Shown piece after piece: positions 1-8,745 of a DNA stretch of 64,000 nucleotides. Within the stretch, counting starts at the first letter, position 1; each line of letters starts with the position of its first letter. Origin of the DNA: a virus; IMG/VR virus record IMGVR_UViG_3300032092_000005, positions 64,001-128,000 of that record, one strand, 5' to 3'. The position numbers and the translations under genes were made by a program. The notes under the pieces are model-generated. The model was not told where the DNA came from. It did no database searches and was given only the letters and a program-made list of their open reading frames with translations.

Positions 1-296
1 GTTGGCGAACGGGCGAGTTTTTTGTAGAGCCTATGCCCGGCGTTACAATTGAACAATATCTATCATGTAAAGACGATGAAATTATTCTCCATGAAGAATT
101 TGATGTAGTTGACTTTTCTACAGAAGATGGCTGCTGGCAAGAATACACATACTCAGATGATATGTCCGATGAAGACATTGAAGTCATTGAGCAGTTCTTA
201 GAAGACGGTGGTGATTTATCTGATGATGGTTGGGAATGTGTTGACTCAGAAGTAATCATTCAAGGCGACATTGAGATTGAAGAGGTCAACGACTGA
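1..296 (+). CDS. Acidic hypothetical phage protein, probably 5'-truncated by the window edge
   Basis: ORF track 33..296; the same frame is open from base 3 (WRTGEFFVEPM...). Very D/E-rich; stop overlaps the gp59 start (TGATG). Confidence 0.6.
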   Translation, partial: WRTGEFFVEPMPGVTIEQYLSCKDDEIILHEEFDVVDFSTEDGCWQEYTYSDDMSDEDIEVIEQFLEDGGDLSDDGWECVDSEVIIQGDIEIEEVND

Positions 297-892
297 TGAA
301 AATGGATGCAATAGACGCATACAAATATTATTTAGGAATAAAGAACCACTTCACTAGAGATAGCTACGATTGGTTCAAGTACAATAAAAAGGTCAATGTC
401 ACCTACGACTCTTTCATGAAGAGAAAAGACAAGTTATTTTTTGCTAGGCTTGGTAATAGAAAAGACGAATACTTAGAAGAATTTCTAGTAGCAAACTTTC
501 TAATTGATGCTAAGATATGGGTAGGAGAACTCCTATCAGAAGAATGCGAAGAGCGATATAAAGATTGGAAGAAGCGTCAAGAATCTTTGACGTATTTGTT
601 CAAGAACGAAATAGACTTTCTATCAGGACTTACTCCTGAAGAACTAAATGAATTTTTTGAAACGAGAAGTGGAGATCATCCACGGATCATCAAGAAGTAC
701 TTGCGGCATGAAATCAGTTTAGAGACACTATCTATTCTGAATTCTATCTTGCATTTTAACAAGCGTTATGATACAATGGTTCACGATCCTATATACAGAG
801 AGGTAAGCAAGCTATGCAAAAAATACCAGCCCTTTTTAAGGTACGATACGGTCAAGATGAAAAGCGCATTGCGCGAAGTAGTAATGAGTTAG
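296..892 (+). CDS. gp59: Helicase loader (T4 gp59-like)
   Basis: YKYYLGIKNHFT..YDWFKY..KV..SF.KRKDK.FF N-terminus and IS.ETL.IL motif; directly upstream of gp32 as in T4-like phages. Confidence 0.9.
   Translation: MKMDAIDAYKYYLGIKNHFTRDSYDWFKYNKKVNVTYDSFMKRKDKLFFARLGNRKDEYLEEFLVANFLIDAKIWVGELLSEECEERYKDWKKRQESLTYLFKNEIDFLSGLTPEELNEFFETRSGDHPRIIKKYLRHEISLETLSILNSILHFNKRYDTMVHDPIYREVSKLCKKYQPFLRYDTVKMKSALREVVMS
749..777 (+). promoter_or_regulatory. Sigma70-type promoter inside gp59, pointing at gp32
   Basis: TTGCAT(749-754)-N17-TACAAT(772-777) with extended -10 TGn; same hexamers as the promoter at 60955. Confidence 0.55.
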
Positions 893-945
893 TTTCAACA
901 GCAAAGGCACCTCAGCATCAAAGCAAGAAAAGGGTGTGTGTGCTA

Positions 946-974
946 TTGACTAATATGAAGAATTCTGATATACT
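946..974 (+). promoter_or_regulatory. Sigma70-type early promoter for gp32
   Basis: TTGACT(946-951)-N17-TATACT(969-974) with extended -10 TGn, intergenic. Confidence 0.8.
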
Positions 975-1044
975 ATATACTAGTACATCATGAAGCAAGT
1001 GGATAAGAAAATATATTTAACATACAACATACAAGGAAATACAT

Positions 1045-1947
1045 ATGGCAACATCATTCGCAGATTTGAAAAAATCACGCAACAAAGACATGGAGACATT
1101 GACAGCACAAGTCTCTAAACTCAGCAGCAAAGACGGAGAAAAGAAATCGTATATCGATGATCGTTTTTGGAAACCTCTAGTAGATAAAGCAGGTAACGGA
1201 TTCGCAGTAATTCGCTTTCTTCCTGCACCCGAAGGTGAAGACATGCCTTGGGTTCAAACATTCTCCCACTCATTCCAAGGTCCTACTACAGGTCTATGGT
1301 ACATCGAAAATTCTTTGACTACCCTCAACAAGAAGGATCCAGTTTCAGAGTTCAACACACTTCTGTGGAATACAGGCAGTGATGCAGACAAAGAAGTTGC
1401 ACGTAAGCAAAAGCGTAAGCTTTCGTATATTGCAAACATCTATGTTGTAAGCGATCCAGCTAATTCGGACAATGACGGTAAAGTGTTCTTGTTCAAATTT
1501 GGTAAGAAGATTTTCGACAAGTTGAATGACTTGATGAATCCTGAGTTCCCAGATGAAGAGCCACGCAACCCATTCGACCTATGGACAGGCGCTAACTTCA
1601 AGTTGAAGATTCGTAAAGTTGAAGGCTATCAGAACTACGACAAGTCGGAGTTTGATAAAGATGGTCCAGTTTCTGGAGATGAAGATCACATGGAACGTAT
1701 TTGGAATTCTGAATACAAGCTTACTGAATTCTTATCTGAATCCAACTTCAAGTCTTATGACGAATTGAAGACTAAGTTGAACAAAGTTCTTGGCTTAGAT
1801 GGTTATGTTGCACCAGCAACAGCAAGCCGTGAATCGGCACCAACACAACAAGAAGCATTCAAGCCTAAGGCTAAAACTGTTTCTCAAGTTGTTCAAGAAG
1901 ATGATGATGACGGACTTAGCTACTTTGAGAAGTTAGCTGAAGACTAA
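1045..1947 (+). CDS. gp32: Single-stranded DNA-binding protein
   Basis: DDRFWKP..DK.GNG.AVIRFLP, KRKLSY.ANIYVV.DP, FKFGKKIFDK, GANFKLK, NYDKSEF and an acidic C-terminal tail. Confidence 0.97.
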   Translation: MATSFADLKKSRNKDMETLTAQVSKLSSKDGEKKSYIDDRFWKPLVDKAGNGFAVIRFLPAPEGEDMPWVQTFSHSFQGPTTGLWYIENSLTTLNKKDPVSEFNTLLWNTGSDADKEVARKQKRKLSYIANIYVVSDPANSDNDGKVFLFKFGKKIFDKLNDLMNPEFPDEEPRNPFDLWTGANFKLKIRKVEGYQNYDKSEFDKDGPVSGDEDHMERIWNSEYKLTEFLSESNFKSYDELKTKLNKVLGLDGYVAPATASRESAPTQQEAFKPKAKTVSQVVQEDDDDGLSYFEKLAED

Positions 1948-1964
1948 AATCTAGTCTTACTCAA

Positions 1965-1996
1965 TAAAAATGGAACCTTAGGGTTCCATTTTTTTA
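1965..1996. terminator. Bidirectional rho-independent terminator
   Basis: AAAAATGGAACC-TTAG-GGTTCCATTTTTTT between convergent gp32 and the tape-measure gene. Confidence 0.9.
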
Positions 1997-4900
1997 TCTA
2001 TACAAATAATTATATCCAAAAGTAGAAGAGACTGAGCGTTCAGTGCTTCCTATGATAGGATGTGAATACGTATCTCTTACGTTATCACTACCCGAACCGC
2101 CATTAATATTGGTAGATGTTACTGAAGAATTGTCTACGTATGTCGTAGGAGAAAATAGTGTTCCTCCGCCACTAATCGCACTAGTAGAATTTCCACCCGA
2201 GACTGTTCCTCCAGAAACAGGAATTACAGTGATATTATTTGTTCCAGTGCCGCCCATAGCCTTTACTACATTTCGAGATGCTGTATATCCTGTAAGAGAT
2301 GCAGTGCCGAAATTAGTTGATCCTGCAAGTGATGCCGATGAAACTGCTGCACCAGAAACTGGTGCTTTTAGGTCGGCAAGAGAACTTGATAGTGATGCAT
2401 TCTTTGTAGCAGCATCGCCTGGTTTGTCCTGATATTTTTGTGCAGATATCGACTTAGATACACTCTCTTCATACGCAACTGCTTCTTTCGTCAATTTTAC
2501 ATATCTTAAACGATTAGCTTCTGTAGGATTAGCTAGATATGTTGCATATGCCTCGTCTTTAATTTTTCTATATGCATCTTTTTTCTCTTGCAATTTTGTA
2601 TCTTTAGTAACGTCTGTCAACTCTGCGCCTAATCCTGTATCTTTTGCTATTCTATCCAATTCTTCTTTTGCTAATTTTAAGTTTAAAGCAACTTTTTCTT
2701 TGTCTGTATAAAACTTGTTAAAGTAGTCGGTCATGTACTTCTGATAAGCTTCTTTACCACCAAAATCTGTTATAAGTTTATCTGCTTGCTCTGCCCGAAG
2801 AATTGCATCTGTATTATTAGCAAGCTGAACGTTCAATTCATCGCCTTCACCATATGCTACAGTCTTATATACAGCAGCCTGAGCAGCAGTTCCAGGATTG
2901 TAAATATATGGGTTCGTGCCGCCGCCCTTGCCGAAGCCGGAGTATCGAATATTAAGTCCTGGTCGAAGTTGACGGCTTGCTCCCTTGCCGAAGCCCGTGG
3001 TGATATAGTCATCATCGGTGATTGCTCTGCTCGACGGCGCCACAGCGCCCACGGCAGCAGAAACTAATTGCTGATATGTGCCATAAAAATCTGCATTAGT
3101 TACTTTACCAGAAGCGATTCCCTGTGCGCGTAATGCTTCTACATTAAAACCTGTAGGTAGCATACTGTTTGCATAATCTCCTGCAATCGCACCGACACCT
3201 AAACCAAAAGTATCGCCGTATCCCAACATCTTACTAGCAGTGCCTGCAATTGAATAAGATGTTGCTAGGCGATTCATTGCGCCTATAGAATCTTCTCCTT
3301 CTAGTTTAAATCTTTCAAATATTGGAAACACACTCGTCAACATTCCATTATTGAATGTCTTCAGCGTGTCTAACAACATCTGATTTTGTTCTTCTATAGA
3401 CTTTTCAAAAAATTCTAGTTGTATAGATTGCGTAAAATCTTCAAACTTTTGAGATGTTGTTAATCCTAGTATTGTAGTCGCCTTTTTCATGTTAGCGAGA
3501 TTGTCGTCTACATCTTTCATTAATGCTTCTGCTACTTTAGGATCAACACCAAAATTAGTTCTGGTATTTCTATCGCTAGAGTACATACCACCCTTTTCAC
3601 GCATGTTCTTATAGCCCTGCAATGAAGTGCCAGAACCGCCTGCTTCTTTGGATGCTCCAAGAGTGCCTTCAATTCCTATATTTGTAAGGTATGGTGCACT
3701 TCGGCCGAACAAACGATTGACTGCTGCGCCAATAAGACCAGCGCCGATTGGACCTAAAGGCGTCAGGCCACCAATGAAAGTAGCAATATCCGCTACGCCT
3801 TTCATATCACCATCTAATGTGTATCCGCCGGAGAGCGCACCAGATATACTCATAGCGCCCATGCCAGCGCCAACGGCTCCTAAAACTGAACCCGCTTGTA
3901 TAGCAGCATTGCTTCCTGCAAATGCGTCCATCACATTTCCATAAGCACTTAATCCGGGCGACGATAGTCCAAGTCCAATGTCACCGATAACTGTTCCGGA
4001 GGCGCCGCCTATCATATTGCCAAGCCCTATCACACCTCTCTGCAATAATGCTCCTGGAGCTAGTCTAGCAATCGTTTGTTCTAATCCAACACCACCAGAA
4101 GTTATTAGGTTTTTAATTATTGCATTAATACCAGTCTGAGCATAGACACCACTTAGACTATCTGTTTTCACCCCTAAAGCGTTTCCAATAAATTTACCGC
4201 CAAGATTTGATAAGAAGTCTCCACCAGCAGCAGCGCCACCTTTACCTCCTGTTATCATGTTGCCAATTCTACCTAAGAAAGAATCGCCGCCTCCACCACC
4301 ACCCGGAGCACTACTCATAATTCCGCCAGCATCGCGGCTACCCCAGCCAGCAAGATCAGTGCCACTTGCGCCTGAACCAGTAAGAGCACCAAAAATTGTG
4401 CCTAAAATTCCACCACCACTACCACCTGCGCCGCTGCCACTACCGCTAACATTTGCATTAAAGTTTCTACCAGCTTCACCTACACCATAAACAAATTCTT
4501 GTGCAGCAGCAGTAGCGCCTGCAACCTGAATTTGTGCATTTTGAGTTGCTGCATTTTGATTAATAATACCAGCGTTTGTTGCAGAAACTTCTGCGGCTGA
4601 TACTCCAGAAGTCGATCCCATGTTGAACAATGGGGAGAATGGCTTTGATGTAATACCCGCAAGACTCTTAGAAAAGTTATTAATGCCTTGTTCATATCCA
4701 AATGCACTTCTAAGGTCGGTAGAGATGCCCGTCATGCCATATAATAAGTCTGACCAACCCATGCCTTCATTGCCAGAAGCAAAGTTGTTCAGCGAACGAT
4801 TCATTTGATCACTACTCATTCCCAATACAGGAGCTAATACGCTACCAACTAATTGATTACCGTAACTTCCTGCAAGTTGCGTGAATATTGAACCAATTCC

Positions 4901-7900
4901 TCTACCAGCTTCTTTACCGAATATTTGAGTAGCTAAATTATTCATAGGTTCAGCTAAGAATTTATTTGCTATATTTCCACCAGCATTAGTAGTAGCAGCA
5001 GTGCCTGTAACTCCCATAGGAATTGCAGCAGTCAACATATTTCTGTAATTATTTTCTAGGGTTTGTCTAAATTGTTTTTCTAGACCATCACGCTCATTTC
5101 TATACTTCTTATTTTCAGCATCTACCTTTTCACGATAGACTTGCTGAGCCTTCATCTCATCCAGTTGAGCTTGAGATAGAACAGGAGTTTGAATATTAGC
5201 TTTAGTAACTTCATCCTGTATTGCTTTTTGTACAGGATCCATAGCTCCCTGCGCAACAATTACAGGATCATCTTTTCTGCCAGTTGGCGCATCACTTGGA
5301 GAGTTTACATTACTATTACTTTCTTCATTGCCATAATTAAAATAATTGCCGCCTGATGCTTTAGACAATTGTGCAACAATTACAGGATCATCTTTTCTGC
5401 CAGTTGGCGCATCACTTGGAGAGTTTACATTACTATTACGTCTTTCATTGCCATAATTAGAATAATTACCGCCGGCACTGCTTGATGATGCTTTAGAAAG
5501 TTGTGCCAATACACTAGCAGAATTTTTTGCCATTGCAGCACGATTTTCACCAGTCTGATAAGGACTTGCTGGACGTTCTATTTCTGTAGTGAAATACTTA
5601 GTAGCATCTGATAGTGTTGTCGATCTTCTAAATCCTTCACCAAAACCAAATTCACCTTTAGCTTCTCTAATGATCAATGCAATGTTATTATCTGGATTCT
5701 TTAAATATTCTGAACTATATCCTTTTCCAAGTCCACCAGCAGTGTTTATCTGAAATAAACCAAAAGATGCTTCCTTAGAAGATACGTTACCCGCGTTTGG
5801 ATTTAATCTAGATTCTGCATACGCATTAACTACAGCCGCTTGTGCTTGAATATCACTAAATCCTGCACCAATAAATCCTTTATAGATTTTTTCTGCCATC
5901 GCAGTCTGTTGCGGAGTAAGATTTGATAATTGACCCGAATAGTCTGGAGAAACTGGAGAAACTACATAAGGAGTAAGTGATGAAGATGCACCAGATGATG
6001 ATGCTCCAGCAGTATCTACTTTAGGTTTGTTAGCGATAGCTTTATTAGCTAATCTTGTACTTTCATCATAATTATCATTTACTGTAGCTCTTTCTGCATC
6101 AAGTTTACCTTGTGCAGGATTTGCCATAGGAGTGTATGTATCTTTTTGGAATGTTTTTGGTATAAATTCAGTCTTCTGATAGTTTTGACTAAACTTTTGT
6201 GCAACATATTCTTTATATACTTTTTTTGGAGCTTCTGCTTCAGCTTTAGTTTCAGATATAAACTTTTTTATGCTATCAGTCTTTGCAATATCAGGAATAA
6301 ATTTATCTGCTAACTCAGCAACTTTCTTTCTTGTAGAAAGTAACGCGCTATCTATAATATTTCCAATATCAAAGAATAGTTTACCCACAAAATTTTGTAC
6401 AACAGTTATAGTACTACTAACGCTATCGTATATTTTACCTAGAGTTTCGCTGCCTTTTATATAATTACTAATGCCATTAACAAGTTTACCAAAAGCATTA
6501 CTCATATCAACTCCGAGTTGACCGAAATAATTTGATATGTCTACACCCACTTCACCTAAAAAATTTCTAACCCGAATGTCCATTGCCTCATCCAGCATTG
6601 AAGCATGTTTGATATCTTCTTTAGCTGCGGCAAAATCTCCACTCATTACATTTCCTATTGCGCTCCAGTAATCTCCTAAATATGCACCGAGATCGCGGAA
6701 ATATCGAGTAACTGCCGTAGTAGCTCTTTGCTGATATGTGCCCTTTCCTTCATCTTTGGTTTGTTTTACATAATCAGTATTAAATACCCAATCAGAAATT
6801 TGTTGTCCAACATCTATTAGTCCACCAGTAAACGAAGCAACACCTCCACCTATAAATGCGGCTGCCCTATCTTTAATTGTAACTTCTCTTACATTTAAAT
6901 CTTTCTTTATTTGCTTAGTATCGAATGCTGAGAATAAACCTTCTACAGCAAATATTATAAGGTCTAAGAACGGTATTAATTTTCCAAAAGATTTAAGTGC
7001 CTTTGTTAATTGTGGAAATTGAACTGCAAGTCTTTCAAAAATTCCAGCGCCTTCTCCACCCATACCAAAAATATTTTTTATCCAACCAATTATATCATCG
7101 AACGATTTGGTAATATAAACTTTAGCAGACTCTAGCATTGGAGTTACATCTTTAAATATACCCGAAAATATACCAAAAAATGATGTCACCAATTTACCAA
7201 TTGCGCTTTCTTTAACAAATAAAGTGGCGCTATCAACAAGTTCACCAAATGTTTTAAATAAATTTTTGAATGAATTTATCTTCTCATCAAAAAGGCCAGC
7301 TACTTCATCAAACTTAAAGAAGTCTTTTAGTTTAGAAATTTTCTCGTCAAAGAAATCACCTATTGCTTCAAACTTAAAGAAGTCTTTTAGTTTAGAAATT
7401 TTCTCGTCAAAGAAATCACCTATTGCTTCAAACTTAAAGAAGTCTTTTAGTTTAGAAATTTTCTCGTCAAAGAAAGCACCTATTGCTTCAAACTTAAAGA
7501 AGTCTTTTAGTTTAGAAATTTTCTCGTCAAAGAAAGCACCTATTTCATCTACTCTCAGGACCTTTTTAAAATCTTCTATAAATTTGCCAATAGTCTTAGA
7601 TGTTTCTGGAAACAATTCACTAAATGCTGTAAATATCTTTCCAGGCAGTTCTTTGAAGAACAAAAAGATATCGTCTAGTTTAAGTGCTTCCCTTAATTTT
7701 GCAAACTTTTCAGCAAGAAAAGCACCTATTTCTTCTATTCTGAAGAATTTTTTAAAATCATCTACAAATTTTGCAATAGCTTTAGTTGTTTCAGGAAATA
7801 TTGCACTAAAAGATTTAAACAATCTACCAGGCAATTCTGTAAAGAATTTAATTAGGTTCTTAAATCCTTCTATTACATTAACTGGCAGTTCTTTGAAGAA

Positions 7901-8518
7901 TTTAATTAGGTTCTTAAGGCCTGCCATTAAATTGTCTGGCAGTTCTTTGAAGAATTTAATAAGATTTTTAATACCCGTCATTAATAGACCAGGTAATTCT
8001 GTGAAAAATTTAATAAGATATTTAAATGCAGCCAATAAGGATTCTTTAAGTCCTTTAAATATATCACCTAAAGTATCAAAAAATGTTTTTGTTTTCTTAC
8101 CGTCGGCTAATGCGTCTGCTGCTTTTGCGGCGCCAGCACCGGCGGTAGCGGCAGGTAATACTGCATTTAAAAGTTTCTTTAAAGGAGAATCTTCAACTTT
8201 GTCTTTGTTTACATTATTTAAACTAAGCGCAAGCATTCTCTTAAGAGTATTATCAATACTATGCAGAGTTCCCAACATATCGCTAGTAACTTTTTTCTGC
8301 TCATTAGCATTTTCTTCTGCAAACTGTCTATCTTGTTGACGTTGAGCAAAATCTCTTTTTTGCATTGTCACTTGACTAGCCATGACACTTTGAATGCCCT
8401 TCATAGCAAGGCCAAAACCAGCAGGATTAGCAGACATAAAGGCGCCCTTTATGCCTGCTCCAAAGCCTGACATTGATTTTTGTATACTACCAGCGAGTTT
8501 AGATGTTAGATCAGCCAT
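1994..8518 (-). CDS. Tape-measure / baseplate hub protein (gp29-like position) with internal lysozyme-like domain
   Basis: 2174 aa; follows gp26-gp51 on the minus strand; amphipathic helical repeats; AES..NP.A...FGLFQ...ERPA lysozyme-like motif; Gly/Ala-rich hydrophobic stretches; C-terminal ...VDNS...tail. Confidence 0.75.
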   Translation of the reverse strand: MADLTSKLAGSIQKSMSGFGAGIKGAFMSANPAGFGLAMKGIQSVMASQVTMQKRDFAQRQQDRQFAEENANEQKKVTSDMLGTLHSIDNTLKRMLALSLNNVNKDKVEDSPLKKLLNAVLPAATAGAGAAKAADALADGKKTKTFFDTLGDIFKGLKESLLAAFKYLIKFFTELPGLLMTGIKNLIKFFKELPDNLMAGLKNLIKFFKELPVNVIEGFKNLIKFFTELPGRLFKSFSAIFPETTKAIAKFVDDFKKFFRIEEIGAFLAEKFAKLREALKLDDIFLFFKELPGKIFTAFSELFPETSKTIGKFIEDFKKVLRVDEIGAFFDEKISKLKDFFKFEAIGAFFDEKISKLKDFFKFEAIGDFFDEKISKLKDFFKFEAIGDFFDEKISKLKDFFKFDEVAGLFDEKINSFKNLFKTFGELVDSATLFVKESAIGKLVTSFFGIFSGIFKDVTPMLESAKVYITKSFDDIIGWIKNIFGMGGEGAGIFERLAVQFPQLTKALKSFGKLIPFLDLIIFAVEGLFSAFDTKQIKKDLNVREVTIKDRAAAFIGGGVASFTGGLIDVGQQISDWVFNTDYVKQTKDEGKGTYQQRATTAVTRYFRDLGAYLGDYWSAIGNVMSGDFAAAKEDIKHASMLDEAMDIRVRNFLGEVGVDISNYFGQLGVDMSNAFGKLVNGISNYIKGSETLGKIYDSVSSTITVVQNFVGKLFFDIGNIIDSALLSTRKKVAELADKFIPDIAKTDSIKKFISETKAEAEAPKKVYKEYVAQKFSQNYQKTEFIPKTFQKDTYTPMANPAQGKLDAERATVNDNYDESTRLANKAIANKPKVDTAGASSSGASSSLTPYVVSPVSPDYSGQLSNLTPQQTAMAEKIYKGFIGAGFSDIQAQAAVVNAYAESRLNPNAGNVSSKEASFGLFQINTAGGLGKGYSSEYLKNPDNNIALIIREAKGEFGFGEGFRRSTTLSDATKYFTTEIERPASPYQTGENRAAMAKNSASVLAQLSKASSSSAGGNYSNYGNERRNSNVNSPSDAPTGRKDDPVIVAQLSKASGGNYFNYGNEESNSNVNSPSDAPTGRKDDPVIVAQGAMDPVQKAIQDEVTKANIQTPVLSQAQLDEMKAQQVYREKVDAENKKYRNERDGLEKQFRQTLENNYRNMLTAAIPMGVTGTAATTNAGGNIANKFLAEPMNNLATQIFGKEAGRGIGSIFTQLAGSYGNQLVGSVLAPVLGMSSDQMNRSLNNFASGNEGMGWSDLLYGMTGISTDLRSAFGYEQGINNFSKSLAGITSKPFSPLFNMGSTSGVSAAEVSATNAGIINQNAATQNAQIQVAGATAAAQEFVYGVGEAGRNFNANVSGSGSGAGGSGGGILGTIFGALTGSGASGTDLAGWGSRDAGGIMSSAPGGGGGGDSFLGRIGNMITGGKGGAAAGGDFLSNLGGKFIGNALGVKTDSLSGVYAQTGINAIIKNLITSGGVGLEQTIARLAPGALLQRGVIGLGNMIGGASGTVIGDIGLGLSSPGLSAYGNVMDAFAGSNAAIQAGSVLGAVGAGMGAMSISGALSGGYTLDGDMKGVADIATFIGGLTPLGPIGAGLIGAAVNRLFGRSAPYLTNIGIEGTLGASKEAGGSGTSLQGYKNMREKGGMYSSDRNTRTNFGVDPKVAEALMKDVDDNLANMKKATTILGLTTSQKFEDFTQSIQLEFFEKSIEEQNQMLLDTLKTFNNGMLTSVFPIFERFKLEGEDSIGAMNRLATSYSIAGTASKMLGYGDTFGLGVGAIAGDYANSMLPTGFNVEALRAQGIASGKVTNADFYGTYQQLVSAAVGAVAPSSRAITDDDYITTGFGKGASRQLRPGLNIRYSGFGKGGGTNPYIYNPGTAAQAAVYKTVAYGEGDELNVQLANNTDAILRAEQADKLITDFGGKEAYQKYMTDYFNKFYTDKEKVALNLKLAKEELDRIAKDTGLGAELTDVTKDTKLQEKKDAYRKIKDEAYATYLANPTEANRLRYVKLTKEAVAYEESVSKSISAQKYQDKPGDAATKNASLSSSLADLKAPVSGAAVSSASLAGSTNFGTASLTGYTASRNVVKAMGGTGTNNITVIPVSGGTVSGGNSTSAISGGGTLFSPTTYVDNSSVTSTNINGGSGSDNVRDTYSHPIIGSTERSVSSTFGYNYLYR
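5253..5473. repeat. 120-bp (40-aa) tandem duplication in the tape measure
   Basis: Near-identical copies offset by 120 nt (GGNY.NYGNE..NSNVNSPSDAPTGRKDDPVIVAQ x2). Confidence 0.95.
7308..7547. repeat. 60-bp (20-aa) tandem repeat, about 4 near-identical copies
   Basis: agtcttttagtttagaaattttctcgtcaaagaaa(t/g)cacctatt recurs at 7321, 7381, 7441, 7501; encodes FFDEKISKLKDFFKFEAIG(A/D). Confidence 0.97.
7830..8030. repeat. 54-bp (18-aa) degenerate tandem repeat, 4 copies
   Basis: LIKFF(T/K)ELP units spaced 18 aa; ggcagttctttgaagaatttaat at 7884 and 7938. Confidence 0.9.
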
Positions 8519-8539
8519 TTTTCTCTTTTTTTATTGTTA

Positions 8540-8743
8540 TTATCTTCTAGAAGACCTAGCTTTTTGTTTGTTCTCATTATCTTTTTGTCTATCAGCTTCC
8601 TCTTTGATAAACTGCGCGAGTAATGTGATATATATTTCCCTCTCAAAAGGCATCATTTCTTCCAATTCTGTTAAACTGTATTTATGATGCTGTATCAATG
8701 CAAAGTTTGTCTTATAATGATTAATTAGACTATCATTTGACAA
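8540..8743 (-). CDS. gp51: Baseplate hub assembly catalyst
   Basis: L..HYKTNFAL.QHHKYSLTELE.M.P.EREIY..LL signature; adjacent to gp26. Confidence 0.9.
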   Translation of the reverse strand: MSNDSLINHYKTNFALIQHHKYSLTELEEMMPFEREIYITLLAQFIKEEADRQKDNENKQKARSSRR

Positions 8744-8745
8744 AC

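Noticed and set aside
893-945. T4-type pseudoknot upstream of gp32
   Set aside because: Only 5-bp G-U-containing stems can be drawn, and the region lies upstream of the proximal promoter
2043-6464. Several short plus-strand ORFs opposite the tape measure
   Set aside because: Pro/Ala-rich mirror translations of Gly-rich codons on the coding strand
7308-7547. Possible CRISPR array
   Set aside because: Contiguous in-frame 60-bp units with no unique spacers and no cas genes
7224-8339. 371-aa plus-strand ORF with SSKK/NLKKSF repeats
   Set aside because: Antisense shadow of the repetitive tape-measure frame; GTG start without an RBS and no independent protein features
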